32,000 nt of DNA from Mycolicibacterium smegmatis (lineage in GTDB: Bacteria > Actinomycetota > Actinomycetes > Mycobacteriales > Mycobacteriaceae). Shown in pieces: positions 16,858 through 26,560 of this stretch (within the stretch, counting starts at the first letter, position 1; every line of letters begins with the position of its first letter). Both the position numbers and the translations under genes were made by a program. The DNA lies in the NCBI RefSeq assembly GCF_001457595.1, contig NZ_LN831039.1:4740001-4772000 (forward strand). Reading direction: 5' to 3'. The notes below the pieces were generated by a model. It saw only the letters and a list, made by a program, of their open reading frames with translations, did not search any database and was not told where the DNA came from.

Positions 16858-19173
16858 ATGACCCGCGCCAGTGACGTCCGAGATTTTGACGCCGATTACG
16901 ACGATCACGATGTGATCACCTCCGGCCCCAAGCACGAGGCGGCCGGCGTGAAGGCCGTGATGGTTTCGATGCAGCGGGGACTCACCCAGATGGGACCGGT
17001 GCGCACCACCGCGGCGCTGACCCGCCTGAACCAGCGTCACGGCTTCGACTGCCCGGGTTGTGCGTGGCCCGAGGAACACGGCGGCCGCAAGCTCGCCGAG
17101 TTCTGCGAGAACGGGGCCAAGGCCGTTGCCGAGGAAGCCACCAAGCGCAGGGTCACGCCGGAGTTCTTCGCGCGCCACAGCGTCGCCGAACTGCAGAACA
17201 AGCCCGAGTACTGGCTGTCGCAGCAGGGCAGGCTCACCCATCCCATGGTGCTGCACGAGGGCGATACGCACTACCGGCCGATCGCGTGGGATGACGCCTA
17301 CCGGTTGATCGCCGACGAACTGAACGCACTCGACTCCCCCGACGAGGCCTGCTTCTACACCTCCGGGCGCACCAGCAACGAGGCCGCGTTCCTCTACCAG
17401 CTCCTGGTGCGCAGCTACGGCACCAACAACCTGCCCGACTGCTCCAACATGTGCCATGAGTCCTCGGGTACGGCGCTGACGGAGTCGATCGGCATCGGCA
17501 AGGGTTCGGTGACCGTCGACGACCTGATCCACGCGGACGTCATCGTGATCGCGGGGCAGAACCCCGGCACCAACCACCCGCGCATGCTGTCCATCCTGGA
17601 GAAAGCTAAAGCCAACGGCGCCAAGGTCATTGCGATCAACCCGCTGCCCGAGGCCGGGCTGATCCGGTTCAAGGACCCGCAGAAGGTCCACGGCGTCGTC
17701 GGCCACGGTGTCCCCATCGCCGATGAGTTCGTGCAGATCCGCATCGGCGGCGACATGGCGCTGTTCGCCGGTCTGGGCAAGCTGCTGCTCGAGGCCGAGG
17801 ACAAGGCGCCCGGCACCGTCGTCGACCACGAGTTCGTCGCGGCACACTGCGCGGGTTTCGACGAGTACGCCGCGCAGACCCGCGCGGTGGATCTGGACAC
17901 CGTCGTCGAGGCCAGCGGCATCGACCGCACGCAGTTGCAGCGCGTCGCCGACATGCTGATCGGCTCCGAGCGCACCGTGCTGTGCTGGGCGATGGGTCTG
18001 ACGCAGCAGCACCACGCCGTGGCCACGATCGGTGAGGCCACCAACCTGCTGCTCATGCGCGGCATGATCGGCAAGCCCGGCGCGGGTGTGTGCCCGGTGC
18101 GCGGGCACTCGAACGTGCAGGGCGACCGCACCATGGGCATCTGGGAGAAGGCGCCCGACGCCTTCCTCGACGCCCTCGACGCGCATTTCGGCATCACCAG
18201 CCCGCGCAAGCACGGCTACGATGCCGTCGACTCGATCCGCGCGATGCGCGACGGCAAGGCCAAGGTGTTCATGGCCATGGGCGGCAACTTCGTCTCGGCC
18301 AGCCCCGACACCGAGGTCACCGAGGCCGCCCTTCGCAGCTGCAATCTCACCGTGCAGGTCTCGACCAAGCTGAACCGCAGCCACTTCGTGCCGGGCCGCA
18401 AGGCGCTGATCCTGCCGACGCTGGGCCGCACCGACCGCGACATCGTCGACGGGCGCAAACAGCTGGTGTCGGTTGAGGATTCGATGTCGATGGTGCATCT
18501 GTCCCGCGGCAGCCTCAAGCCGCCGAGCGCCGAGCTGCGCAGCGAGGTGGCCATCGTGTGCCAGCTCGCGCGCACCCTGCTGGGCCCCGACCACCCCGTG
18601 CCGTGGGAGACGTTCGCCTCCGACTACGACACCATCCGCGACGCGATCGCCGCGGTGGTCCCCGGCTGCACGGACTACAACACCCGGGTGCGCAGGCCCG
18701 ACGGCTTCCAGCTGCCGCACCCGCCGCGGGACTCACGCGAATTCCCCACCCACACAGGCAAAGCGAACTTCTCGGTCTACCCGCTGGAATGGGTTCCGGT
18801 GCCCGAGGGACGGCTGGTGCTGCAGACCCTGCGCAGCCACGACCAGTACAACACCACCATCTACGGCCTCGACGACCGCTACCGCGGCGTGAAGGGCGGC
18901 AGGCGCGTGGTGTTCGTCAACCCCACCGACATCGCCCGCCTCGGACTCAAGCCCGACGACCGGGTGGACCTGATCTCGGAGTTCGAAGGCCAGGAACGGT
19001 GGGCCAAGGACTTCCTGGTGGTGCCGTACTCGACGCCCGAGGGCAACGCCGCGGCCTACTACCCCGAGACCAATCCGCTGGTGCCGCTTGACCATACGGC
19101 CAAGAAGTCCAACACGCCGGTGTCCAAGGCCGTCGTCGTCAGGCTGCAGCGCCGCGAGGGAAGCGCGTCGTAA
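16858..19173 (+). CDS. FdhF/YdeP family molybdopterin oxidoreductase (formate dehydrogenase H-like, Cys type)
   Basis: About 771 aa. The N-terminus has [12 protein letters not shown], and the putative Mo-ligand region is [12 protein letters not shown] with no in-frame TGA. The C-terminal molybdopterin dinucleotide-binding-like domain includes RVVFVNPTD. Confidence 0.88.
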   Translation: MTRASDVRDFDADYDDHDVITSGPKHEAAGVKAVMVSMQRGLTQMGPVRTTAALTRLNQRHGFDCPGCAWPEEHGGRKLAEFCENGAKAVAEEATKRRVTPEFFARHSVAELQNKPEYWLSQQGRLTHPMVLHEGDTHYRPIAWDDAYRLIADELNALDSPDEACFYTSGRTSNEAAFLYQLLVRSYGTNNLPDCSNMCHESSGTALTESIGIGKGSVTVDDLIHADVIVIAGQNPGTNHPRMLSILEKAKANGAKVIAINPLPEAGLIRFKDPQKVHGVVGHGVPIADEFVQIRIGGDMALFAGLGKLLLEAEDKAPGTVVDHEFVAAHCAGFDEYAAQTRAVDLDTVVEASGIDRTQLQRVADMLIGSERTVLCWAMGLTQQHHAVATIGEATNLLLMRGMIGKPGAGVCPVRGHSNVQGDRTMGIWEKAPDAFLDALDAHFGITSPRKHGYDAVDSIRAMRDGKAKVFMAMGGNFVSASPDTEVTEAALRSCNLTVQVSTKLNRSHFVPGRKALILPTLGRTDRDIVDGRKQLVSVEDSMSMVHLSRGSLKPPSAELRSEVAIVCQLARTLLGPDHPVPWETFASDYDTIRDAIAAVVPGCTDYNTRVRRPDGFQLPHPPRDSREFPTHTGKANFSVYPLEWVPVPEGRLVLQTLRSHDQYNTTIYGLDDRYRGVKGGRRVVFVNPTDIARLGLKPDDRVDLISEFEGQERWAKDFLVVPYSTPEGNAAAYYPETNPLVPLDHTAKKSNTPVSKAVVVRLQRREGSAS

Positions 19174-19997
19174 TGGGCCGCGTGACCGCGCGGCGCCGCG
19201 CCCACCACGTGACCCTGGACCGGTCGGAGGCCCGCCCCGAGACACTCGTCGTCGAAGAGCCCCTGGAGATCCGGGTCAACGGCACGCCCATCACGGTCAC
19301 CATGCGCACCCCCGGCTCCGATATCGAACTGGCACAAGGGTTCCTGCTCACCGAGGGCGTGATCCGCAGGCGCGACGACCTTCTCGCGGTGCGGTACTGC
19401 CGCGGCGCCACCGAGGACGGGGTCAACACCTACAACGTGCTGGACGTGACGCTGGCGCCCGATGTCCCGGCACCCGACGTGGACGTCACCCGCAACTTCT
19501 ACACCACCTCGTCGTGCGGGGTGTGCGGCAAGGCCTCGCTGGAGGCCGTCCGCCTGATCAGCAAGCACTGTCCGGGCGACGATCCGGCCACCATCACCGC
19601 CGAGACGCTCGCGTCGATGCCCACGCAGTTGCGGCGTGCCCAGAAGGTGTTCAACAGCACCGGCGGCCTACACGGCGCCGCGCTGTTCGACGCCGACAGG
19701 AACATGCTGGTGGTCCGTGAGGACATCGGCAGGCACAACGCGGTGGACAAGGTGATCGGCTGGGCCGTCGAGCAGGAGCGGGTCCCGTTGTCCGGCACCG
19801 TGCTGCTGGTGAGCGGCCGCGCGTCGTTCGAACTCACCCAGAAGGCCGTCATGGCCGGCATCCCCGTGCTGGCCGCGGTGTCGGCACCATCGTCGCTCGC
19901 GGTGGACCTCGCGAGCCAGTCGGGGCTGACGCTCGTGGCGTTCCTGCGTGGCGAGTCGATGAACGTCTACACCCGTCCCGATCGTGTCATGAACTGA
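19173..19997 (+). CDS. fdhD: Formate dehydrogenase accessory sulfurtransferase FdhD
   Basis: 274 aa with [20 protein letters not shown] and GRHNAVDK motifs. The start overlaps the upstream stop (TAATG). Confidence 0.9.
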   Translation: MGRVTARRRAHHVTLDRSEARPETLVVEEPLEIRVNGTPITVTMRTPGSDIELAQGFLLTEGVIRRRDDLLAVRYCRGATEDGVNTYNVLDVTLAPDVPAPDVDVTRNFYTTSSCGVCGKASLEAVRLISKHCPGDDPATITAETLASMPTQLRRAQKVFNSTGGLHGAALFDADRNMLVVREDIGRHNAVDKVIGWAVEQERVPLSGTVLLVSGRASFELTQKAVMAGIPVLAAVSAPSSLAVDLASQSGLTLVAFLRGESMNVYTRPDRVMN

Positions 19998-20001
19998 GCG
20001 G

Positions 20002-20021
20002 CTGACCTGAGAACAGGTCAG
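20002..20021 (+). terminator. Short perfect hairpin after fdhD (8-bp stem, AGAA loop, no U-tract)
   Basis: The sequence is ctgacctg-agaa-caggtcag, starting 5 nt after the fdhD stop. Confidence 0.3.
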
Positions 20022-20134
20022 GCGGCGCTTCTACCTGCAATCTCCACCTGATCTCCACGAAACCTCCAAGCCCGCGAGGCCCGTGATCGGCGACGATCGA
20101 TTCTCGTCGCACTTTGCAGATCACGGGAGCTCGT

Positions 20135-21475
20135 ATGGCGGACATTCTCATCGCGTCACATTCACCGATCGGCCACATCGGGCCGCTGCTGAACGTCGCG
20201 TACGGACTTGTCGGCCGCGGCGACCGGGTGACCGTGCTGACCTCGGCCCAGCACACCGACGCGATCCGGGCGAGCGGAGCCGTCCCCGTGGCCCTGCCCG
20301 ACGCAGGCGACCCCGACGCGGACCGCCTCGACATCGAGAATCCGAAGAGGGCCAGGACGTCGGGCATCGCCCGGATCAACGTCGACATCGTCGCATTCTT
20401 CGTCGCTCCCATGGCCCATCAGGCCGACGCACTGGCGAAACTGTTGGCCCAACACCGGTTCGACGCCGTCATCGCCGACTACGGCTTCTTCGGCATCCTG
20501 CCGTTCCTGCTGGGCAACCGCGCCGACCGGCCGCCGTTCCTCACCTACTCGACGACACCGCTCATGCTCAGCAGCCGTGACACCGCTCCCGCCGGCCTCG
20601 GGCTCCCGCCGCCCCGCCACGCCGTCGAGCGACTACGCAACCGCGCGCTGGAGACCCTGACGCACAAGGTGCTGCTGCGTGCGTCCCAGCGCGCCGTGCA
20701 GGAGCAACTGCACCGCATGAACTGCCGCCCCTTGCCCGTGTTCCTGTTCGACGGAGCCGTGCTGAGCGAGCGGGTGATCGCGCCCACGGTGCCGCAATTC
20801 GACTACCACCGAAGCGATCTGCCGAAGAACGTGCGCTACGTCGGTGCGGTGCACCCGATGCCCAACCAGGGCTTCCGCCGTCCGATGTGGTGGCGACTGC
20901 TCGACGGTGACCGCCCCGTCGTCCACGTCACGCAGGGCACCGTCGACAACACCGATCTGACCCGGCTGCTCGAACCGACCCTCGAGGCCCTCGCCGACGA
21001 GGACTTCGTCGTCATCGCCAGCACCGGCGGACGCGATCTCGACGTGCTGCGCACGCCGGTCCCGGCCAACACCTATGTGGCCAAATACATCCCGCATGAT
21101 CTGCTGATGCCCAAGGTCGACGTGCTGGTGACCAACGGCGGTTACGGCACGGTGCAGCGGGCCCTGTCGTGCGGTGTGCCGCTCGTGGTGGCGGGCAAGA
21201 CCGAGGACAAGCCCGAGGTGGCCGCGCGCGTCGCGTGGTCCGGCGCGGGCATCGACCTGCGCACCGGGACCCCCACGCCCGCGGCGATCCGCGATGCCGT
21301 GCGCGAGGTCCTCACCGACAAGCGGTATCTGTCCCGCGCCCGCACACTCGAAGCGGCCTTCGCGCAACGCGACGGCGTGGCCGAGATCATCGCGCTGGTC
21401 GACGAGGTGATCGCCGAGCGCCGCGCCGAGGTCGGCGGTGAGCTCGCCTGCGAAGTCACTCACGAGCAGCGGTAG
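20135..21475 (+). CDS. GT1 family glycosyltransferase (MGT/UDP-glucuronosyl-glucosyltransferase-like)
   Basis: The N-terminus is ILIASHSPIGHIGPLLNVAYGLVGRGDRVTVL. The C-terminal nucleotide-sugar motif is HDLLMPKVDVLVTNGGYGTVQRALSCGVPLVVAG...DKPEVAARV. ATG 20135 is preceded by GGGAG. Confidence 0.85.
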   Translation: MADILIASHSPIGHIGPLLNVAYGLVGRGDRVTVLTSAQHTDAIRASGAVPVALPDAGDPDADRLDIENPKRARTSGIARINVDIVAFFVAPMAHQADALAKLLAQHRFDAVIADYGFFGILPFLLGNRADRPPFLTYSTTPLMLSSRDTAPAGLGLPPPRHAVERLRNRALETLTHKVLLRASQRAVQEQLHRMNCRPLPVFLFDGAVLSERVIAPTVPQFDYHRSDLPKNVRYVGAVHPMPNQGFRRPMWWRLLDGDRPVVHVTQGTVDNTDLTRLLEPTLEALADEDFVVIASTGGRDLDVLRTPVPANTYVAKYIPHDLLMPKVDVLVTNGGYGTVQRALSCGVPLVVAGKTEDKPEVAARVAWSGAGIDLRTGTPTPAAIRDAVREVLTDKRYLSRARTLEAAFAQRDGVAEIIALVDEVIAERRAEVGGELACEVTHEQR

Positions 21476-21494
21476 GGAGAACAAGGAACAAAAA

Positions 21495-21533
21495 GAAGAA
21501 GCCCCCGGGATATGGAGTCCCGGGGGCTTCTTC
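21495..21533 (-). terminator. Intrinsic terminator of clpX, in a bidirectional position between the convergent GT gene and clpX
   Basis: A perfect 16-bp stem gaagaagcccccggga / tcccgggggcttcttc with a 7-nt loop. On the minus strand it is followed by TTTTTG. Confidence 0.7.
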
Positions 21534-21542
21534 GAGTCTGGC

Positions 21543-22823
21543 TTACGCGCTCTTGTCGCGGCGCTCGCTGCGAGAAGGCTTGCGCGGCACGATCGTCGGC
21601 AGGACGTTGTCCTGGACGGTCTCCTTGGTGACCACCACCTTGGCGACGTCGTCGCGGCTCGGGATGTCGTACATCACCGGCAGCAGGACCTCTTCCATGA
21701 TGGCGCGCAGGCCGCGGGCACCCGTGCCGCGGTGGATGGCCTGATCGGCGATCGCCTCGAGGGCCTCTTCGGTGAACTCCAGTTCCACGCCGTCCATCTC
21801 GAACAACCGCACGTACTGCTTGACCAGCGCGTTCTTGGGCTCGGAGAGGATCTTGACCAGGGAGGCCTTGTCCAGGTTGGTCACCGACGCCACGACGGGC
21901 AGACGTCCGATGAACTCGGGGATCAGACCGAACTTGATCAGATCCTCGGGCATGACCTCGGCGAAGTGGTCCTGCGTGTCGATCTCGGCCTTCGACCGCA
22001 CCTCGGCACCGAAGCCGAGGCCGCGCTTGCCGACGCGGTCGGAGACGATCTTCTCCAGGCCCGCGAAGGCGCCCGCGACGATGAACAACACGTTGGTGGT
22101 GTCGATCTGGATGAACTCCTGGTGCGGATGCTTGCGCCCGCCCTGCGGTGGCACCGACGCCTGCGTACCCTCCAGGATCTTCAGCAGCGCCTGCTGCACA
22201 CCCTCACCCGACACGTCGCGCGTGATCGACGGGTTCTCGCTCTTGCGGGCGATCTTGTCGACCTCGTCGATGTAGATGATGCCGGTCTCGGCGCGCTTGA
22301 CGTCGTAATCGGCGGCCTGGATGAGCTTGAGGAGGATGTTCTCGACGTCCTCACCGACGTAGCCGGCCTCGGTCAACGCGGTGGCGTCGGCGATGGCGAA
22401 CGGCACGTTGAGCATCTTGGCCAGCGTCTGCGCCAGGTAGGTCTTGCCGCAGCCCGTGGGCCCGAGCATCAGGATGTTGGACTTGGTCAGCTCGACCGGT
22501 TCGGACCGCGAGTCGCGGGACTTCTCCCCCGCCTGGATCCGCTTGTAGTGGTTGTAGACCGCAACGGCCAGCGTCCGCTTGGCGGAGTCCTGACCGATGA
22601 CGTAACCCTCGAGGAACTCGCGGATCTCCGCGGGTTTGGGCAACTCGTCGAGCTTGACGTCGTCAGCGTCGGCGAGTTCCTCCTCGATGATCTCGTTGCA
22701 CAGGTCGATGCACTCATCGCAGATATAGACGCCCGGCCCCGCGATGAGCTTCTTGACCTGCTTCTGGCTCTTCCCACAGAACGAGCACTTCAGCAGGTCA
22801 CCACCGTCTCCAATGCGCGCCAT
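21543..22823 (-). CDS. clpX: ATP-dependent Clp protease ATP-binding subunit ClpX
   Basis: 426 aa. The zinc-binding N-terminus is [30 protein letters not shown]. Walker A is GPTGCGKT, and IYIDEVDKI is present. It closely resembles mycobacterial ClpX. Confidence 0.97.
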   Translation of the reverse strand: MARIGDGGDLLKCSFCGKSQKQVKKLIAGPGVYICDECIDLCNEIIEEELADADDVKLDELPKPAEIREFLEGYVIGQDSAKRTLAVAVYNHYKRIQAGEKSRDSRSEPVELTKSNILMLGPTGCGKTYLAQTLAKMLNVPFAIADATALTEAGYVGEDVENILLKLIQAADYDVKRAETGIIYIDEVDKIARKSENPSITRDVSGEGVQQALLKILEGTQASVPPQGGRKHPHQEFIQIDTTNVLFIVAGAFAGLEKIVSDRVGKRGLGFGAEVRSKAEIDTQDHFAEVMPEDLIKFGLIPEFIGRLPVVASVTNLDKASLVKILSEPKNALVKQYVRLFEMDGVELEFTEEALEAIADQAIHRGTGARGLRAIMEEVLLPVMYDIPSRDDVAKVVVTKETVQDNVLPTIVPRKPSRSERRDKSA

Positions 22824-23233
22824 GTGGGGGGGTCCTACTTCCTGTTCGCAGTCAGTCTTTACGCCGCTTCGTGGGTCTCCCCGGGCGTATGCCCGACGCT
22901 ACCCGTTGTTTCCGGTGCGATGCGACCTTAAAGCCGAATCGCGCGGATGGTATTTGTCCGTGCTGGAGAACATATCGCTCTCGGCGGCTCGCCACGTGTC
23001 GGCGCGCTGTCCGTGTCTTGGGTGTGTCGTCCCGGAGAGGCAACCGAAACCCCGCCGACACCGTGGTGTTTGCCGTTCTCCACGATACCGTGCGCCCCTC
23101 GCACGCCCGTCACCGATTTGAGGCAAACGCCTCATGTGCTGCGCCGATGACCCGAGCAGCCTTGACCGCATGAAGAAAACAAGCGCGAGCATGTACGCGC
23201 TGGGGCACGGCCTGATCGAGCCCCGATAGACGA

Positions 23234-23265
23234 AACGGGTCCCCGGCATCGGCCGGGGACCCGTT
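23234..23265 (-). terminator. Perfect 14-bp hairpin directly downstream of clpP2
   Basis: The sequence is aacgggtccccggc-atcg-gccggggacccgtt, 15 nt after the clpP2 stop. On the minus strand it is followed by TCGTCTATC, a weak U-tract. Confidence 0.5.
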
Positions 23266-23279
23266 GTCGTGTCAGAGAT

Positions 23280-23936
23280 TTACGACGTCTGCGCAGACAG
23301 CTTGCGGTACTGCAGCACGGTGTCGATGATCCCGTACTCCTTGGCCTCTTCGGCCGTCAGGATCTTGTCGCGGTCGGTGTCCTTGCGGATCTGCGCCGGA
23401 TCCTTGCCGGTGTGGCGGGCCAGCGTGGTCTCCATCAGCGTGCGCATGCGCTCGATCTCCGCGGCCTGGATCTCCAGATCGGAGAACTGGCCCTGGATGA
23501 CACCCGAGAGCGCGGGCTGGTGGATCAGCACGCGCGCGTTCGGCAGCGCCAGACGCTTGCCGGGCGTGCCCGCCGCCAGCAGCACGGCCGCGGCCGACGC
23601 GGCCTGGCCGAGGCACACCGTCTGGATGTCGGCGCGCACGTACTGCATGGTGTCGTAGATCGCCATCAGCGACGTGAACGAGCCACCGGGCGAGTTGATG
23701 TACATCGTGATGTCGCGGTCGGGATCCAGCGACTCCAGCACCAGCAACTGGGCCATGATGTCGTTGGCCGACGCGTCGTCCACCTGCACGCCGAGGAAGA
23801 TGATGCGCTCCTCGAACAGCTTGTTGTACGGGTTGGACTCCTTGACACCGAAGCTCGAGTGCTCGATGAAGGACGGCAGGATGTAGCGGGCCTGCGGCTG
23901 CAGCCGGGCGTCCAGTGACGGATGAATGTTGCTCAT
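23280..23936 (-). CDS. clpP2: ATP-dependent Clp protease proteolytic subunit 2
   Basis: 218 aa and nearly identical in pattern to mycobacterial ClpP2 ([39 protein letters not shown]...). The start overlaps the clpP1 stop (ATGA). Confidence 0.95.
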   Translation of the reverse strand: MSNIHPSLDARLQPQARYILPSFIEHSSFGVKESNPYNKLFEERIIFLGVQVDDASANDIMAQLLVLESLDPDRDITMYINSPGGSFTSLMAIYDTMQYVRADIQTVCLGQAASAAAVLLAAGTPGKRLALPNARVLIHQPALSGVIQGQFSDLEIQAAEIERMRTLMETTLARHTGKDPAQIRKDTDRDKILTAEEAKEYGIIDTVLQYRKLSAQTS

Positions 23937-24544
23937 TTGTCTAGTCCTGCTCCCGGTCCTTCGCCGTTGACTGAGGCGCTGGTGATGATGTGATCGACGA
24001 ACCCGTACTCCAGCGCTTCCTGTGCGGTGAACCAGCGGTCGCGGTCCGAATCGGCCTCGATGCGCTCGATGGGCTGCCCGGTGAATTCGGCGTTGAGCCG
24101 GAACATCTCCTTCTTGATGACCGCGAACTGCTCGGCCTGGATGGCGATGTCGGCCGCGCTGCCGGTCACGCCGCCGAGCGGCTGGTGCATCAGGATGCGC
24201 GCATGGGGCAGGGCGTAGCGCTTGCCCTTGGTGCCCGCGGCGAGCAGGAACTCACCCATCGAGGCGGCCATGCCCATGGCGTAGGTGGCGATGTCGCACG
24301 GCGCGAGCACCATGGTGTCGTAGATCGCCATCCCCGCGCTGATCGAGCCGCCGGGCGAGTTGATGTACAGGTGGATGTCCTTGGTCGGATCTTCCGCCGA
24401 CAGCAACAGGATCTGTGCGCAGAGCCGGTTGGCGATGTCGTCGTCCACTTGGGAACCGAGGAAGATGATCCGCTCGGCGAGCAGCCGCTCGTACACCGAG
24501 TCGACAAGGTTCAGCCCCTGCCCGGTGCCACGCATGTCAGTCAC
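23933..24544 (-). CDS. clpP1: ATP-dependent Clp protease proteolytic subunit 1
   Basis: [36 protein letters not shown]... and the catalytic region GMAASMG match mycobacterial ClpP1. GTG 24544 (VTDMRG...) was chosen by analogy to the M. tuberculosis N-terminus. ATG 24580 is the alternative. Confidence 0.88.
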   Translation of the reverse strand: MTDMRGTGQGLNLVDSVYERLLAERIIFLGSQVDDDIANRLCAQILLLSAEDPTKDIHLYINSPGGSISAGMAIYDTMVLAPCDIATYAMGMAASMGEFLLAAGTKGKRYALPHARILMHQPLGGVTGSAADIAIQAEQFAVIKKEMFRLNAEFTGQPIERIEADSDRDRWFTAQEALEYGFVDHIITSASVNGEGPGAGLDK

Positions 24545-24639
24545 GACTGGATACCTGCTTTCTACTACGTCTTGGTACACGCACTGGTACTGACGACACT
24601 AACCAACCTGACGCGCGACGCACTCCCGTACGGGGGCGC

Positions 24640-24653
24640 GTTCGCTCACAGCG
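24640..24653. promoter_or_regulatory. ClgR-type operator candidate (GTTCGC-N5-GCG) upstream of clpP1P2
   Basis: GTTCGCTCACAGCG abuts the tig stop codon. It lies 96 nt upstream of GTG 24544 and 60 nt upstream of ATG 24580. It matches the actinobacterial ClgR box as I recall it. Confidence 0.4.
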
Positions 24654-26063
24654 TCACTTGTCGGTGTCGTCGGCGTCCTCGGCGGCTTCGCCTTCGGCGG
24701 CGTCGGTCGACTCCTCGGCGCTGTCCTCGGCGGCCTGCTCACCCGAAGGACCGAAGAACTCCGTGGTGTCGATCACGTTGCCGTCGGTGTCGGTGACCGT
24801 CGCGGCGTGCACGACCGCGGCGATGGTCAGGCCACGGCGGACGTCGGCGAACATGGCGGGCAGCTGGTTGTTCTGCTGCAGGATTTGGATCAGCTGCTGC
24901 GGCTCCAGGCCGTACTGACGCGACATCAGCACGAGGCGCTCGGTGAGGTCGTTCTGGCTGACCTGGATCTCGAGCTTGTCGGCCACGGCGTCCATGAGCA
25001 GCTGGGTCTTGACGGCCTTCTCGGCCTCGGTGCGGGTTTCGGCGTCGAACTCCTCGCGGCTGCTGCCCTGCTCGGCGAGCTGCTCGGCGAACTTCTCCTC
25101 GTCGTGGTCGAGGCCGTGGATCGCGTTGTGCACCACCTCGTCGATCTGCGCCTGCACGATCTTCTCCGGCAGCGGCACCTCGGTGTGCTCCAGCAGCGCC
25201 TCGATGGCCTTGTCGCGGATCTGCTCGGCCTGCTGCACGCTCTTGAGGCGGCGGACCTGGTCGACGAGGCTGTTCCTCAGCTCCTCGATGGTGTCGTATT
25301 CGCTTGCCAGCTGGGCGAATTCGTCGTCGGGCTCGGGCAGCTCGCGCTCCTTGACCGACTTGACGGTCACGGTCACCTCGGCGTCCTGGCCGGCGTACTC
25401 ACCGGCGACCAGCTTGGTGGTGAACGTCTTGGACTCGTCGGCCTTCAGACCGATGATGGCCTCGTCGAGACCGTCGATGAGCTGGCCGGAACCGACCTCG
25501 TGCGACAGACCCTCGGTGGCGGCCTCCGGCACCTCGTTGCCGTCGACGGTGGCCGACAGGTCGATCGAGACGAAGTCACCTTCCTGCACACCGCGCTCGA
25601 CACCCTTGAGGGTGCCGAAGCGTGCGCGCAGCGACTGCAGCTCGGCGTCGACCTCTTCGTCGGTGACCTCGATCGGGTCGACGGTGATCTTCAGCGACTC
25701 GAGCTCGGGCAGCGTGATCTCGGGACGGATGTCGACCTCGGCGGTGAAGACGAGCTCTTCGTTGTCTTCGAGCTTGGTGATCTCGATCTCGGGCTGGCCG
25801 AGCGGCTTGAGATCCGAGGTCGAGACGGCCTCGCTGTAGCGGCTGGGCAGCGCGTCGTTGACCACCTGCTCCAGCACGGCGCCGCGGCCGATGCGGGCCT
25901 CCAGCAGCTTGCGCGGCGCCTTGCCGGGACGGAACCCGGGCAGCCGGACCTGCTTGGCCAGCTCCTTGAACGCGCGGTCGAAGTCGGGCTCAAGCTCGGT
26001 GAAGGGCACCTCCACGTTGATGCGAACCCGGGTGGGGCTCAACTGCTCGACTGTGCTCTTCAC
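24654..26063 (-). CDS. tig: Trigger factor (ribosome-associated peptidyl-prolyl isomerase chaperone)
   Basis: 469 aa. The N-terminus (V)[20 protein letters not shown]...[17 protein letters not shown] is the trigger-factor ribosome-binding signature. GTG 26063 has AAGGAG upstream. The C-terminal tail is acidic. Confidence 0.95.
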   Translation of the reverse strand: MKSTVEQLSPTRVRINVEVPFTELEPDFDRAFKELAKQVRLPGFRPGKAPRKLLEARIGRGAVLEQVVNDALPSRYSEAVSTSDLKPLGQPEIEITKLEDNEELVFTAEVDIRPEITLPELESLKITVDPIEVTDEEVDAELQSLRARFGTLKGVERGVQEGDFVSIDLSATVDGNEVPEAATEGLSHEVGSGQLIDGLDEAIIGLKADESKTFTTKLVAGEYAGQDAEVTVTVKSVKERELPEPDDEFAQLASEYDTIEELRNSLVDQVRRLKSVQQAEQIRDKAIEALLEHTEVPLPEKIVQAQIDEVVHNAIHGLDHDEEKFAEQLAEQGSSREEFDAETRTEAEKAVKTQLLMDAVADKLEIQVSQNDLTERLVLMSRQYGLEPQQLIQILQQNNQLPAMFADVRRGLTIAAVVHAATVTDTDGNVIDTTEFFGPSGEQAAEDSAEESTDAAEGEAAEDADDTDK

Positions 26064-26114
26064 CTTGTGCTCCTTGATGTCTTTCTCGATGTCCGTGTCG
26101 TACGGGTGGGCGAG

Positions 26115-26188
26115 TCGGGGTGACAGGATTTGAACCTGCGGCCTTCCGCTCCCAAAGCGGATGCGCTACCAAGCTGCGCTACACCCCG
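26115..26188 (-). tRNA. tRNA-Pro (anticodon TGG)
   Basis: The reverse complement folds as a 74-nt cloverleaf. Acceptor is CGGGGTG/CACCCCG, D stem GCGC/GCGC and anticodon stem TCCGC/GCGGA. The anticodon loop is TT-TGG-GA, and the T arm is GCAGG-TTCAAAT-CCTGT. Confidence 0.9.
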
Positions 26189-26264
26189 TGGTGGTCCATC
26201 CGCAGGCCGAGAACCGCGAAAGGGCCACGCGAGATACTACGTGCTCGCGACACGAGACCCTTAA

Positions 26265-26294
26265 TTGGATTTGGTTTCAGCTCCCCGGTACAGT
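26265..26294 (+). promoter_or_regulatory. Possible sigma-A-type promoter for tRNA-Gly
   Basis: TTGGAT, an 18-nt spacer, then TACAGT, ending 14 nt before the mature tRNA 5' end. Confidence 0.3.
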
Positions 26295-26308
26295 GCTGGT
26301 GCTGACAT

Positions 26309-26379
26309 GCGGGCGTAGCTCAATGGTAGAGCCCTAGTCTTCCAAACTAGCTACGCGGGTTCGATTCCCGTCGCCCGCT
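26309..26379 (+). tRNA. tRNA-Gly (anticodon TCC)
   Basis: A 71-nt cloverleaf. Acceptor is GCGGGCG/CGCCCGC, D stem GCTC/GAGC and anticodon stem CTAGT/ACTAG. The anticodon loop is CT-TCC-AA, and the T arm is GCGGG-TTCGATT-CCCGT. Confidence 0.9.
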
Positions 26380-26384
26380 CGGTA

Positions 26385-26410
26385 GGGACCGCCACGTGCG
26401 GTCCCTTTTT
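26385..26410 (+). terminator. Intrinsic terminator after tRNA-Gly
   Basis: The sequence is gggaccgc-cacgt-gcggtccc followed by TTTTT. Confidence 0.7.
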
Positions 26411-26436
26411 CGTTGCCGAGTGCTCAACTGCCCCCG

Positions 26437-26493
26437 CGATTTCTGCACCAAGGTCGTGGTTCGTCGCAGATCACGACCGTGGTGCAGAAATCG
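26437..26493. repeat. 22-bp imperfect inverted repeat (21 of 22 paired) with a 13-nt spacer
   Basis: cgatttctgcaccaaggtcgtg (26437-26458) pairs with cacgaccgtggtgcagaaatcg (26472-26493), with one A/G mismatch. Confidence 0.6.
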
Positions 26494-26560
26494 GCGCACC
26501 AGCCCTGGGCACGCAGATGCTTAGATCTCTGCTGGGACGAGGTCGAGCTGAGGGGGCGCG

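Noticed and set aside
16336-18720. 794-aa ORF on the minus strand, the longest in the window
   Set aside because: It lies entirely antisense to the well-supported ydeP/fdhF-like and LysR genes. Its composition is Arg/Gly/Ala/His-rich and low-complexity with no recognisable motifs. This is the typical stop-codon-poor antisense frame of a high-GC genome.
21438-22931. 497-aa plus-strand ORF
   Set aside because: It is antisense to clpX, which is unambiguous. The translated product is dominated by L, D, G, R and V in low-complexity runs typical of a mirror frame.
22976-22986. CGC-N5-GCG element upstream of clpX as a second ClgR box
   Set aside because: It lacks the GTTCGC flank and the central and flanking consensus positions. 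Bare CGC-N5-GCG is frequent by chance at this GC content. It is mentioned only as something to check.
22899-23249. 116-aa minus-strand ORF and other 60-125-aa ORFs inside the clpP2-clpX gap
   Set aside because: The ORF starts inside the clpP2 terminator stem and has no Shine-Dalgarno. The composition is Arg/Cys/Gly-rich and mixed-codon. I treat the region as non-coding and flag it for RNA analysis instead.
24807-26123. 438-aa plus-strand ORF, and a 298-aa ORF at 24943-25839
   Set aside because: Both are antisense to trigger factor and are mirror-frame artefacts of its acidic, Leu-rich coding sequence.
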